Below are positions 42,774-51,831 of a stretch of 54,914 nucleotides of DNA, piece after piece. The notes under the pieces are model-generated. The model was not told where the DNA came from, ran no database searches, and saw only the letters and a list, made by a program, of their open reading frames with translations. Source of the DNA: Patescibacteria group bacterium (lineage in GTDB: Bacteria; Patescibacteriota; Saccharimonadia; Saccharimonadales; JAUPVS01); NCBI GenBank assembly GCA_030916945.1, contig JAUPVS010000004.1, positions 1-54,914 of the forward strand. The letters run 5' to 3'. The translations under genes and the position numbers were made by a program. The number at the start of each line of letters is the position of its first letter. The first letter of the stretch is position 1.

Positions 42774-43711
42774 TGAATAAGGACGCCAAGATATACATTG
42801 CTGGACACCGTGGTCTAGTTGGTAGTGCCATCTGCCGAAAACTGAAAACTGACGGTTTTAAAAACGTTGTTGTCCGAACTCACGCCGAATTAGATCTATT
42901 AGATCGGGAAGCAGTAGAAGAATTTTTTGCTAAAGAAACCCCCGAGTATGTTGTTCTGGCAGCGGCTCGCGTAGGTGGCATTAAAGCCAATATGACCTAC
43001 CCAACCGAGTTCCTATACCAAAATCTTCAGATTCAGAATAATGTTATGTGGGCCGCCCACCAGCATAGTACCAGCAAACTACTTTTTCTTGGCAGTTCTT
43101 GCATATACCCACGCGACTGTCCGCAACCAATGAATGAAGACTCGTTCATGAAAGGCCCACCCGAACCGACTAACGAAGCTTACGCCATCGCCAAGATTGC
43201 TGGCATGAAGCTTTGTGAATACATCCATGAAGAGCACAACAAGAACTTTATTTCTTGTATGCCCACCAATATTTACGGTGAGGGCGATAACCTCGATCCC
43301 GAATCATCTCACGTTATCCCGGCACTGATGCGAAGAATGCATGAAGCAAAGGTCAATAATACCCCCGAGGTGGTAATTTGGGGATCCGGCGTAAGTCGAC
43401 GAGAATTTCTACACTGCGATGATCTTGCCGACGCGGTTGTTATGCTGCTAGAAACTTACAATGACAAGCAATTCGTTAATGTTGGCTGTGGTGAAGACAT
43501 TTCAATTAAAGAGCTCGCTGAACTGATGCAAAAAGTTGTCGGTTACCAGGGCAAGCTGGTCTTCGACACCAGCAAACCAGACGGAATGCCCAAAAAGCTG
43601 CTAGATGTTACTCGTCTAAACAAACTTGGCTGGAAAGCTTCTATCCCATTTGAAACCGGCTTAACCAAAATGTATGCCTGGTTTATCGAACAACCGTCTG
43701 TAAAGAATTAA
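42773..43711 (+). CDS. GDP-4-keto-6-deoxyhexose epimerase/reductase (GDP-L-fucose synthase Fcl / GDP-L-colitose synthase ColC family)
   Basis: IYIAGHRGLVGSAI, LLFLGSSCIYP, EPTNEAYAIAKIAG, MPTNIYG: close to E. coli Fcl throughout. ATGA-type 1-nt overlap with the upstream gene. Confidence 0.85.
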   Translation: MNKDAKIYIAGHRGLVGSAICRKLKTDGFKNVVVRTHAELDLLDREAVEEFFAKETPEYVVLAAARVGGIKANMTYPTEFLYQNLQIQNNVMWAAHQHSTSKLLFLGSSCIYPRDCPQPMNEDSFMKGPPEPTNEAYAIAKIAGMKLCEYIHEEHNKNFISCMPTNIYGEGDNLDPESSHVIPALMRRMHEAKVNNTPEVVIWGSGVSRREFLHCDDLADAVVMLLETYNDKQFVNVGCGEDISIKELAELMQKVVGYQGKLVFDTSKPDGMPKKLLDVTRLNKLGWKASIPFETGLTKMYAWFIEQPSVKN

Positions 43712-43714
43712 GCG

Positions 43715-44857
43715 CTATTCGAAGCCCATTTCACCAAGAGCCTTTTTGAGCAGGTTATTCCAGTCGAACTCTTGGGCCTTTTTCTTGGCAGCTTGGTGAG
43801 CCGACTTCCACTGCGCTTCGTTGGTTAGCCATTTTTGGAGCTGAGTAGCAAAGTCTTTGGGATTATCTCTGGCGATCAGCGCCGCACCGGCATCACGCAG
43901 CTCCTTTGTGTTATTAGGCACATCAGTCAAAACAATTGGCAGGTAGGCTCCAAGGTAGGCTTTCAACTTACCAGCATCGGTGAACTGAACAAAGTTGACA
44001 TCATCCTTGACATACGGGGCGGCGGCAATTGTGGCTGAGGCCAGGATCTTCTCAACTTCTTTATGGCTCTTAACGAAGCCGTGGAATTTGATCTGTTTTG
44101 CCAAGCCTAAATCTTTGGCCTTTTTGCGCAGCTGTTTTTCGAGTGGCCCACTGCCGATAATTTCAATCGAGAATTTAACATCTTGGCGGGCCAATTCTTT
44201 GGCGGCATCAATCAGCATCGCCACACCCTGCCTCTCAACTAGGTGGCCCAAATAAACGATTTTGTGTTTGGACCAGGCCTTACTACCTACTTTTGGGGTT
44301 CGATCAAGCCAGGCCCCCATCGGCACAACGTGGGTGGGGGCGTGTTTTTGGTCAGCAATGCCGAGATATTTGTTCCGGCCTTTTACTCCGACAGAAGAAA
44401 GTTCAACTCGGCCGTCCGCCTTTTTGGCGACCAATCTATCGACTTTATTATAGGCCTTGGTACTGGGTGATTCTTCGCCGAATCGGTCTACAACGAAATC
44501 TACCGCCCAATAAAACACTTTTTCGGTTCGTCCAACTTTTCGTTGCGCTAAGCCCCGCAGACAAGCAAGATTATTAAAACCAAACCAGGCCGTTGATTTG
44601 GGTAATCGGGCTGGTATGAAAGGGTCGAAGAGGTATGTATAAGGGGGTTTGTGGGGCATTCGTATTGTCTGCGTGGATGTCCGGCCACCGCTATAAACGG
44701 TCTTTATATGAGAATTGTCACCCTCGGGTACCAAGGGATGAGCAATCGTAATAACACGTTTCGCATCGTGCTTAATAAGGTAGTCGCGAAGCGCTTGAGC
44801 CGGGCCATCGGCAAAACCATTAGCCACAATCGTAAAAGTTGATTGATTAATTTTCAT
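43715..44857 (-). CDS. Glycosyltransferase family 4 (GT-B)
   Basis: C-terminal GT1 domain: YLGHLVERQGVAMLIDAAKEL, IEIIGSGPLEKQL, IKFHGFV. Confidence 0.8.
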   Translation of the reverse strand: MKINQSTFTIVANGFADGPAQALRDYLIKHDAKRVITIAHPLVPEGDNSHIKTVYSGGRTSTQTIRMPHKPPYTYLFDPFIPARLPKSTAWFGFNNLACLRGLAQRKVGRTEKVFYWAVDFVVDRFGEESPSTKAYNKVDRLVAKKADGRVELSSVGVKGRNKYLGIADQKHAPTHVVPMGAWLDRTPKVGSKAWSKHKIVYLGHLVERQGVAMLIDAAKELARQDVKFSIEIIGSGPLEKQLRKKAKDLGLAKQIKFHGFVKSHKEVEKILASATIAAAPYVKDDVNFVQFTDAGKLKAYLGAYLPIVLTDVPNNTKELRDAGAALIARDNPKDFATQLQKWLTNEAQWKSAHQAAKKKAQEFDWNNLLKKALGEMGFE

Positions 44858-44896
44858 GGTGTCTTGTACTCGCTAATATACTATCATTAGTAGACA

Positions 44897-46153
44897 GTGA
44901 TCCAATCAAAGTTTTCAAATTTTTACATTCGGTCCGGCATCTTCGGCATTCTGTCCCTGGCGGGAGCAGTTATAAACTACGCCCTCTACCCAGTTCTGGT
45001 TCGGGTTCTCAATACCAGTGACTTCGGTGACTTTGCGGCTCTAGTCGCCTTATCTAATCAGGTTATGGGGATACTGATCGCATTCAATGTGATATCAATC
45101 TATTTAGTAAAGTCGCAAAAAGAAGAACGCGCCCGGGCCTATGCCCAAGTTATTCAAAAAATGCTTATCTGGTTTTTTGTGGCCGCCATACTTATATTAT
45201 TACTTCTATCTCCGTTGCTTAGTGACTTGCTTAAGATCGATCAAGCCGGCTCCTTCCTGGTGTTGTCGATCATCTTAATAACAGCCGTTCCGGCAGTTGT
45301 CTGGACCGGCTATCTGCAAGGCCACAAGGAAATGGTAAGAATTGGGGTGTACAATATCGCATCGTCAGCTTCTAAATTTGGGCTGGCAGTAGCTCTTGCC
45401 ATGGTACTCGGTATGAACGGCGGGATACTAGGTATACTTGGTGGCGCAATAATTGGACTAGTGATCTTAAAAGTCTATCCTGGGGTTAGGCTACCGCAAT
45501 TAAAGTCTTTGGTTCAGAAAAGTAAGCCCCAAGACCGCCAGTTTGTTGCTGGTTTACGCGGTTATTTTTTGGAATGTTTGTTTGTGGTGGGAGCTTTGAG
45601 CTTTTTACAGAACTACGACATAACTCTTGCCAAAGCCTTGTTTGGGCCGGCTGAGGCCGGTGTCTACAGCGGTGTCAGCATCCTTAGTAACGCCTTGTAC
45701 TACCTGTCTTTCTTGATTGTCTGGATTATACTGCCCGAGATAAAAATTGGCGACAAAAAAATTAACCGGCGAATTCTAACCACCGCCTATAGATTGCTGG
45801 CCGCTTTGACCCTTGCAGCCATTACATTTGAATTAATATTTCGTGATCATCTTACCCAGCTTTTACTGGGCCAGGAGTTTGCCAACCAGGGTAATCTGCT
45901 AGTCTTCGCCTCGCTTTATCAGCTGTCTTTGGTAGCAGTCACCCTCTACGCATACTTCTTACTTATAAACCGCAAGAAGAGAAGCGCCATATTAGGTCTA
46001 CTTGTTTTTGGCACAACCGCACTTATTCCGGCCTTATTCGCACAAAGTCCAATCGACATGATACGACTGCTTTGGTTGTCAGTTGTCGCCAGCTTCGCCT
46101 TGTACTGGTTGTTAGTCTTCGTCTATCGCCAGCTATTTTCTAAAGCTTCTTGA
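44897..46153 (+). CDS. Oligosaccharide flippase (Wzx / polysaccharide biosynthesis protein, MOP superfamily)
   Basis: 418 aa with about 12 TM and an N-terminal segment typical of Wzx (FSNFYIRSGIFGILSLAGAVINYALYPVLVRVL). GTG start. Confidence 0.75.
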   Translation: MIQSKFSNFYIRSGIFGILSLAGAVINYALYPVLVRVLNTSDFGDFAALVALSNQVMGILIAFNVISIYLVKSQKEERARAYAQVIQKMLIWFFVAAILILLLLSPLLSDLLKIDQAGSFLVLSIILITAVPAVVWTGYLQGHKEMVRIGVYNIASSASKFGLAVALAMVLGMNGGILGILGGAIIGLVILKVYPGVRLPQLKSLVQKSKPQDRQFVAGLRGYFLECLFVVGALSFLQNYDITLAKALFGPAEAGVYSGVSILSNALYYLSFLIVWIILPEIKIGDKKINRRILTTAYRLLAALTLAAITFELIFRDHLTQLLLGQEFANQGNLLVFASLYQLSLVAVTLYAYFLLINRKKRSAILGLLVFGTTALIPALFAQSPIDMIRLLWLSVVASFALYWLLVFVYRQLFSKAS

Positions 46154-46910
46154 ACACAACGTGATATCTAGTAGCAAAGCGGGTGTCAGGTCGTACGTCA
46201 ATTAATAAACCTACCAGGTTGTAGAAGCAGAAGTAAATTGGGGCTATGAGTAGCAAGAATGGTCGGAGCACAAGTGGGCCCTCCATAATACGCCTTACTA
46301 ACCATTGATTAGCCATGACCGCACAGGTCGTACCAAAGCCAGTGTTGCTATAAAGCTTAGTTAATTTAAGATTGTTTTCTTTAGCAATAAAGTCAAAAAA
46401 ATCACCGGTGTAACGATAATAATCCATCTTGTGTTCGCGATACAAAAAAGGAACCGAAAATATGATCTGGCCACCCTTTTTGACAACCTTGCGAGCTTCG
46501 GCAAAATACTCAAGTGGCTTGTCGATATGCTCTAATACTTCAAAGCTTAGGTGGGCATCAAAACGAGACGGCTTATAGGGAAGCTTAGTGGCGCTGCAAA
46601 CGTCGTCAAGCGAAAGCCTTGTCTGGCGCCCCATGAATACTTCACCAACTCTTCCAAACCGGCTGGCCTGAGTGCCGATTCTGTCAAATTCTTCGTCCCA
46701 GCTAGAAAAATCAGTCGCTAAGTACTTCTTAATTTTGGGGTGGGCATTCATGATTTCTTGTTTCCGGGTGCCATCGCCAGCGCCAACTTCTATCACCTGC
46801 CCCTTTATCCCCTTAAGAATAAGGTCATTGCCTTGGCGCATCTTGCGATGTTCCAGCCAGTGCGGGTAGAGAGGTGAGTTAACGAGTAGTCTGGTTAATG
46901 CGGCAATCAT
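46140..46910 (-). CDS. Class I SAM-dependent methyltransferase with a C-terminal hydrophobic segment
   Basis: VIEVGAGDGT (motif I), FEVLEHI and GGQIIFSVP. The C-terminus LVLRPFLLLIAPIYFCFYNLVGLLI is hydrophobic. Confidence 0.8.
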   Translation of the reverse strand: MIAALTRLLVNSPLYPHWLEHRKMRQGNDLILKGIKGQVIEVGAGDGTRKQEIMNAHPKIKKYLATDFSSWDEEFDRIGTQASRFGRVGEVFMGRQTRLSLDDVCSATKLPYKPSRFDAHLSFEVLEHIDKPLEYFAEARKVVKKGGQIIFSVPFLYREHKMDYYRYTGDFFDFIAKENNLKLTKLYSNTGFGTTCAVMANQWLVRRIMEGPLVLRPFLLLIAPIYFCFYNLVGLLIDVRPDTRFATRYHVVFKKL

Positions 46911-46914
46911 TTTC

Positions 46915-47883
46915 TTACAGTTTCGTGGATCTTACGCGGTCAATAATATAGAGTGGTCTTTTCTGTGTTTCTTCGTATATGCGAGCCAGGTAAAGCGAAG
47001 CTATGCCTTGTGCCACCAAAATAATACCAATCATAAACAAGGTTACCATAAATAAAAGCGCGCTTCCGGTAAGTTTCAAGCCAAGTGGGTCGTCCAGTAG
47101 ATAAACCTCTGTAGCAATAAATACGAAACCGACTGTAGATAACAACGATATTAAACTGCCTAGCGCCAAAGAAATAGCCAGTGGCTTGCGACTGTTAGAC
47201 AAGATACTATCAACCGCCAAGTACATGAGTTTTTTGGTGTCATATGTTGCTGTCCCGGCTAAGCGACTGGGTGACTTAAACTCAATGTAGGTAACATTAA
47301 AACCCATCCAATCAAGTAAGCCGCGAGTGATGCGGCGTCTTTCTGAGAATCGACTAAATTCGTCCATGACTTCTCGGCTAAGCAAACGAAAATCGGTTAC
47401 ACGCGGCTGTAAGTGTGAGACGCCAACCATTTTTAGAAGACGATAGTACAGTTTATTGCCGAGTTTTTTGACCTTTTTCTCGTCTAAATTATCGGTTCTA
47501 ACCCCCACCACCATATCGTAACCTTCTTTATAGGCAGCCATAAATTCGCCCATCATACTCGGCGGATGTTGACCATCGGAGTCAAGCATAATTGCCGCGT
47601 CTCCGCTGGCGTTATGTAACCCGGCGCTCAAAGCGGCTTCTTTACCAAAATTACGCGTTAGATGAATAGCCCTGGTTTCAGGCGCACCTTGCTGAGCAAG
47701 CTTATCTAGAACAGCCGCTGAATTATCAGAACTGCCGTCATTAACAAAAATTATTTCATGGCTTTGGAGCTGAAGCTTAGCAACTTCCGCTACCAACATC
47801 TTATGGAATTGCCGCACCCCCTCGGCTTCGTTGTAGACAGGGACAATGATACTTAATTTTTTGATTGGTTTGGGTTGTGACAT
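46915..47883 (-). CDS. Polyprenyl-phosphate glycosyltransferase (GT2; GtrB/ArnC/DPM1-like) with two C-terminal TM
   Basis: LSIIVPVYNEAEGV, FVNDGSSDNS, LDSDGQHPP, then two C-terminal TM helices, as in GtrB/ArnC. Confidence 0.85.
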   Translation of the reverse strand: MSQPKPIKKLSIIVPVYNEAEGVRQFHKMLVAEVAKLQLQSHEIIFVNDGSSDNSAAVLDKLAQQGAPETRAIHLTRNFGKEAALSAGLHNASGDAAIMLDSDGQHPPSMMGEFMAAYKEGYDMVVGVRTDNLDEKKVKKLGNKLYYRLLKMVGVSHLQPRVTDFRLLSREVMDEFSRFSERRRITRGLLDWMGFNVTYIEFKSPSRLAGTATYDTKKLMYLAVDSILSNSRKPLAISLALGSLISLLSTVGFVFIATEVYLLDDPLGLKLTGSALLFMVTLFMIGIILVAQGIASLYLARIYEETQKRPLYIIDRVRSTKL

Positions 47884-47990
47884 CTTGTATGTAGTATAGA
47901 ATAAATCTCTTGTTATTGCCCACGTTTACAATGACTGTACCATATCTGTTTTTCTGTGCATACGGAACCGTCTGCTAGAATAGAACAAAC

Positions 47991-50093
47991 ATGACCGTAA
48001 AAAAATCTCCAAAACATGTTAAGCCGGACTTAAAGCGGATTATAAAACGTCATATCATTCCCGTCATTCTGTTCTTATTTATGAGCTGGCTCTTCATGGG
48101 TAAATCGTTGACTAGCTGCCAGACCACAATAATATCTGGCATACCGGGTGGTGATCACGTTGGTGGTATTATCTGGCTCTTAAAGTACACCCCTCTCCCC
48201 TACGGAGGCATAAGCCAGGTCAGTAACTTCCCTTTTGGCGAACAACTGGCTCAACCAGAACTTATTACTACAGCCGTTCATATGGTGCCGACCTGGCTGG
48301 CGGCTCAAGTAGTTGGCCCGGTCTGTGGCTGGAATTTGATGGTTTTGGCCGGCTATATGCTAACGGCTTTAAGCATGTACGGTTTTATATACTGGCTCCT
48401 CCGCAGTCGGGGTGTCGCCACTTTTGCCGCTTTAGCCATTACCTTCACGCCCTACCATTATTTTAAAAGCTGGGGCCATTTGTCATATATTCACTCCGAG
48501 ATATTCATACTCATACTCTGGTGTTATCTTGCTTTCTGGAAAAACCCCGATCTCAAAAAGTCTATCTTGCTTGGATTTTTGGGAGGGCTTTTGTTTTACA
48601 GCGATGGCTATTTCCCCCTCATCGGGGGCGCCCTAGTCTCTAGCCTAGTCCTTTATTCTGCTGGATACACTTTGCGTAACCTCGACACCCTTGGTCGACA
48701 GTTTGCAATCAAACGACTACGCTACCTGATAATCTCCGCTATCGTTGCCTTTGTGATGCTACTGCCGGTTATGTTCGTTCAAATGAAGTTCGGTGGTGCG
48801 ATTAAGAGCTCCCTTAGTAACTCGCGCAGTGACGTAACCAAAGAGGCGACTACCTATGGTGCCAGACTAGCCGACTACGTACTACCCTCTCAGCAGCACC
48901 CAGTAGAACAGGTCCGTGATTTCGTAAACGACTACCGCAAAGATAACCCCTACTCGAACCAAGGCGAATACCATTTGTACCTGGGTATGATCCCGATTAT
49001 ATTGGCGTTAGTCGGAATCGTTCATGTCTCTAGAAAGCGACAGACCAAAGATAGCCAAGCCCGCTGGCTACACTACGTGGCATGGAGCTGCGCCACCGTT
49101 TTGTTGGCCGCTTTACTAATAAGCTTTATTCCTAGGTTTACCGTTTTTGGATTTACCTTCCCCTTGCCTTCAGGCGTGATCACTAATCTTGTTAGCTTCT
49201 GGCGGGTCTTTGCTCGACTATACCTTGCCGCCAGCGTGGCACTGATTACTATCTCGGCAATTGGTTTACACTATTTGCTAAAAAACGAGGGTAACCAATT
49301 AAAACGACGACTGTTTTTGACACTCATTATCATTTTCACCTTAATCGACTTGATGCCCTTTAACCCGTTCAACCGCCAGGACCAACAATCGCTAGATCAG
49401 GGCAACAAGACCTACCTGTGGTTACGCGACCAACCGTCGATTCCGGCAGTGGCCGCCTACCCGGTACTAGGGCACCCGTTTGACGCACCATATTTTAGCG
49501 ACCAGGTCATCCACAACAAGCCCCTAATGACTAGCCACGACTCGGTTGACCCGGAACAATTACTACATAACTCGCTTGCTGGTTTGAGTGACCCACAAAC
49601 ACTTGGCGTGTTGAAGCAGCTAGGTATTAATCATGTTCTGCTCTATCAAATCCCTGAAAAGAGTCTGCCGGCCGGTCTGAAGCCTCTGTATGGTGAGTTA
49701 GGGGCTCGTGTGGCCCAGATAAACTCGGACCTACCTAAACTAAGAACCGCCCTCGTGCCTGACGCAAATTTTGGCAGGCCTGTCGTTGACCAGAGTACTC
49801 AGGTAAGTTGTCGTCAACCGACTGCCTTAATCGCCAGTCTGTCGGTTAGACGGCTCGCGCCGGATGCGCCAGAACAAACAACCGCCAGCTTCATTTTGCG
49901 CGGCCAGCCAGGCCAGTCACTAGTAATACACGACGCCAAAGGCAATACCATAACGCAACTGCAATTCACCGAAAAGAACCAACTGGTACCGGTATCTACA
50001 ACCAGTAAAACGGGGGATACTCTATTCATCTACCACCTGTCGGGCATAACCTACGGCTTAGCCGACGTTTGTATGTTATCGGTTTCTAACTAG
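47991..50093 (+). CDS. Large polytopic membrane protein with a C-terminal extracytoplasmic domain; possible GT-C-fold glycosyltransferase
   Basis: 700 aa with more than 10 TM in the first ~470 aa and a soluble ~230-aa C-terminus. It is divergent from the GtrB-like gene. I recognise no family motif. Confidence 0.65.
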   Translation: MTVKKSPKHVKPDLKRIIKRHIIPVILFLFMSWLFMGKSLTSCQTTIISGIPGGDHVGGIIWLLKYTPLPYGGISQVSNFPFGEQLAQPELITTAVHMVPTWLAAQVVGPVCGWNLMVLAGYMLTALSMYGFIYWLLRSRGVATFAALAITFTPYHYFKSWGHLSYIHSEIFILILWCYLAFWKNPDLKKSILLGFLGGLLFYSDGYFPLIGGALVSSLVLYSAGYTLRNLDTLGRQFAIKRLRYLIISAIVAFVMLLPVMFVQMKFGGAIKSSLSNSRSDVTKEATTYGARLADYVLPSQQHPVEQVRDFVNDYRKDNPYSNQGEYHLYLGMIPIILALVGIVHVSRKRQTKDSQARWLHYVAWSCATVLLAALLISFIPRFTVFGFTFPLPSGVITNLVSFWRVFARLYLAASVALITISAIGLHYLLKNEGNQLKRRLFLTLIIIFTLIDLMPFNPFNRQDQQSLDQGNKTYLWLRDQPSIPAVAAYPVLGHPFDAPYFSDQVIHNKPLMTSHDSVDPEQLLHNSLAGLSDPQTLGVLKQLGINHVLLYQIPEKSLPAGLKPLYGELGARVAQINSDLPKLRTALVPDANFGRPVVDQSTQVSCRQPTALIASLSVRRLAPDAPEQTTASFILRGQPGQSLVIHDAKGNTITQLQFTEKNQLVPVSTTSKTGDTLFIYHLSGITYGLADVCMLSVSN

Positions 50094-51199
50094 TCCTGGA
50101 TGGCTGATTCTTTTTGGAGTGTTTTGATAATTATAGCGGTCGGGCTAACAGTGTGGCTAACACCCTCGCCCTGATATTTCTTATAGTTGTCGCAAAACTC
50201 ATCGACTTTACTCGGTTCGTAGTAAGAAAGTACGACGTTACCACCCAGACCCTCTTCTCTTTCGGTGGCTTTGCGGTGAATTAGACAGGGTATGCCTAGA
50301 TAGGCCGCCTCTTCTTGCAAGCCACCGCTATCGGTAATAATGCAATTGGCCTTTCCTAGAAGATTAATGAAATCAAAGTAGGTAAGCTTGGGCAAGCGTG
50401 TGATATTTTTATGCTTCAGCAAGGGATCAAGCTTTAAGTTGTGCAAACGTTCCTTGGTAAGGGGGTGATCGAGAAACACAATCGGGGTTTTAGCGGCAAA
50501 CCGGTTAACCGACTCCAGAATAGCTTTTAGTTCTTTTGGCTGTGTCAGAAGTTCGTTTCTGTGAATCGAAACGACACAGTACGTCCGCGGGAGGCCTTTT
50601 TGAGCTGTTACTTTACTGGCTTTAGCCATCCTTAGACTGTCGAGTACGGTGTTGTACTTAGTGTTTACAATTTCGCCCTTAACCGCTGCCTTTTTCAAAT
50701 TTTTGATTGGTGTTTTGCCTGGTGCAAAGTGAAATCGAGCGATTTTTGACGTATAGATGCGGTTTAACTCTTCCGGGAAGGGATGGCGCCAATTAAAACT
50801 CCTCAAACCGGCTTCTATATGACCCACCTTCAGGTGCAGTAATCGCCCCATTATCGCACCAAACAAGGTTGTTGTAGTGTCGCCATGCACAATCATCAAG
50901 TTTTTGGTGTCCCCAGAGTTTTTAAGTGCTCGCCTAATCTTTTTGCGATTAACAAAAAACCCGAACCAAACTTTTATCATCCAACCTGGTATGCTCCAGA
51001 TACTTTCCAAATCCTGAGCATCTTCAGAAAGCCCGATTTTATAATCTGGTGGCGGTACGCCGGCCGACTTAAACAACTTCTTCAACTGCTGTGGCTGCTG
51101 ATATGTACAGATAGTTTGGTAAGAACCTGCTGGCAAAGCTTTCAATAACGGTAGTATCTTTATTAGCTCGCCGGTGGTTCCATATATCACTATAACCAT
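50090..51199 (-). CDS. wecB: UDP-N-acetylglucosamine 2-epimerase (non-hydrolysing, WecB-like)
   Basis: IVHGDTTTT, GHIEAGLRS, ITDSGGLQEEAAYLGIPCL: collinear with E. coli WecB motifs. Confidence 0.8.
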   Translation of the reverse strand: MVIVIYGTTGELIKILPLLKALPAGSYQTICTYQQPQQLKKLFKSAGVPPPDYKIGLSEDAQDLESIWSIPGWMIKVWFGFFVNRKKIRRALKNSGDTKNLMIVHGDTTTTLFGAIMGRLLHLKVGHIEAGLRSFNWRHPFPEELNRIYTSKIARFHFAPGKTPIKNLKKAAVKGEIVNTKYNTVLDSLRMAKASKVTAQKGLPRTYCVVSIHRNELLTQPKELKAILESVNRFAAKTPIVFLDHPLTKERLHNLKLDPLLKHKNITRLPKLTYFDFINLLGKANCIITDSGGLQEEAAYLGIPCLIHRKATEREEGLGGNVVLSYYEPSKVDEFCDNYKKYQGEGVSHTVSPTAIIIKTLQKESAIQD

Positions 51200-51299
51200 C
51201 GTGGTTCCTCATTTATTCTCTGCCTACTCTAACACTTTGTAGTAGATTGTAGAAAGCGTAACAGTTATGGTATAGTAGTAGCACTTGGAATCTATAAAA

Positions 51300-51827
51300 A
51301 TGAAGAAACAAAAAAGATTGTCAAACCGCTCCCGAATTATTATAGTCACCCTTGTTGGGTTGGCTATTTTGGGTGGCGCCTTTTTCCTTTACCGTAACGT
51401 TTTGAATAACGCCGATACCTCCCCAACAACCGCCGACGGTCAGCCAGTCAATCTAGAACCTGCATCAGAAGAAGAAAAAGCTCAGACCGAAGCCACCAAA
51501 GACGCTATCGTAAAGCGCGATGAAGCTCTAACCCAAAATAACGACACAAAACCTACGGCCACAGTTGTAATTACCGAAGTTACTCAGACCTCGGCGCGAG
51601 CCTACGTGTCAGGTGTTTTTGAAGAAGGTGGAACCTGCCAAGCAACCGCAACTCTAAACGGAGTTGTCGCTACTGCCACATCAGAGGCTTTTAAAAACGT
51701 CTCTTACACACAGTGTGCTCCTATGACCTGGAATAAAACTATTTCCCCTGGTAGCTGGAGCGTCCAGCTAACCTATACATCCCCAACCTCTCAGGGCTCA
51801 CAAACCAAGATTTTCGAGGTAAAATAG
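51300..51827 (+). CDS. Signal-anchored hypothetical secreted protein
   Basis: The ATG at 51300 gives MKKQKRLSNRSRIIIVTLVGLAILGGAFFLY, followed by a small Cys-containing beta-rich domain. Confidence 0.65.
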   Translation: MKKQKRLSNRSRIIIVTLVGLAILGGAFFLYRNVLNNADTSPTTADGQPVNLEPASEEEKAQTEATKDAIVKRDEALTQNNDTKPTATVVITEVTQTSARAYVSGVFEEGGTCQATATLNGVVATATSEAFKNVSYTQCAPMTWNKTISPGSWSVQLTYTSPTSQGSQTKIFEVK

Positions 51828-51831
51828 GGTT

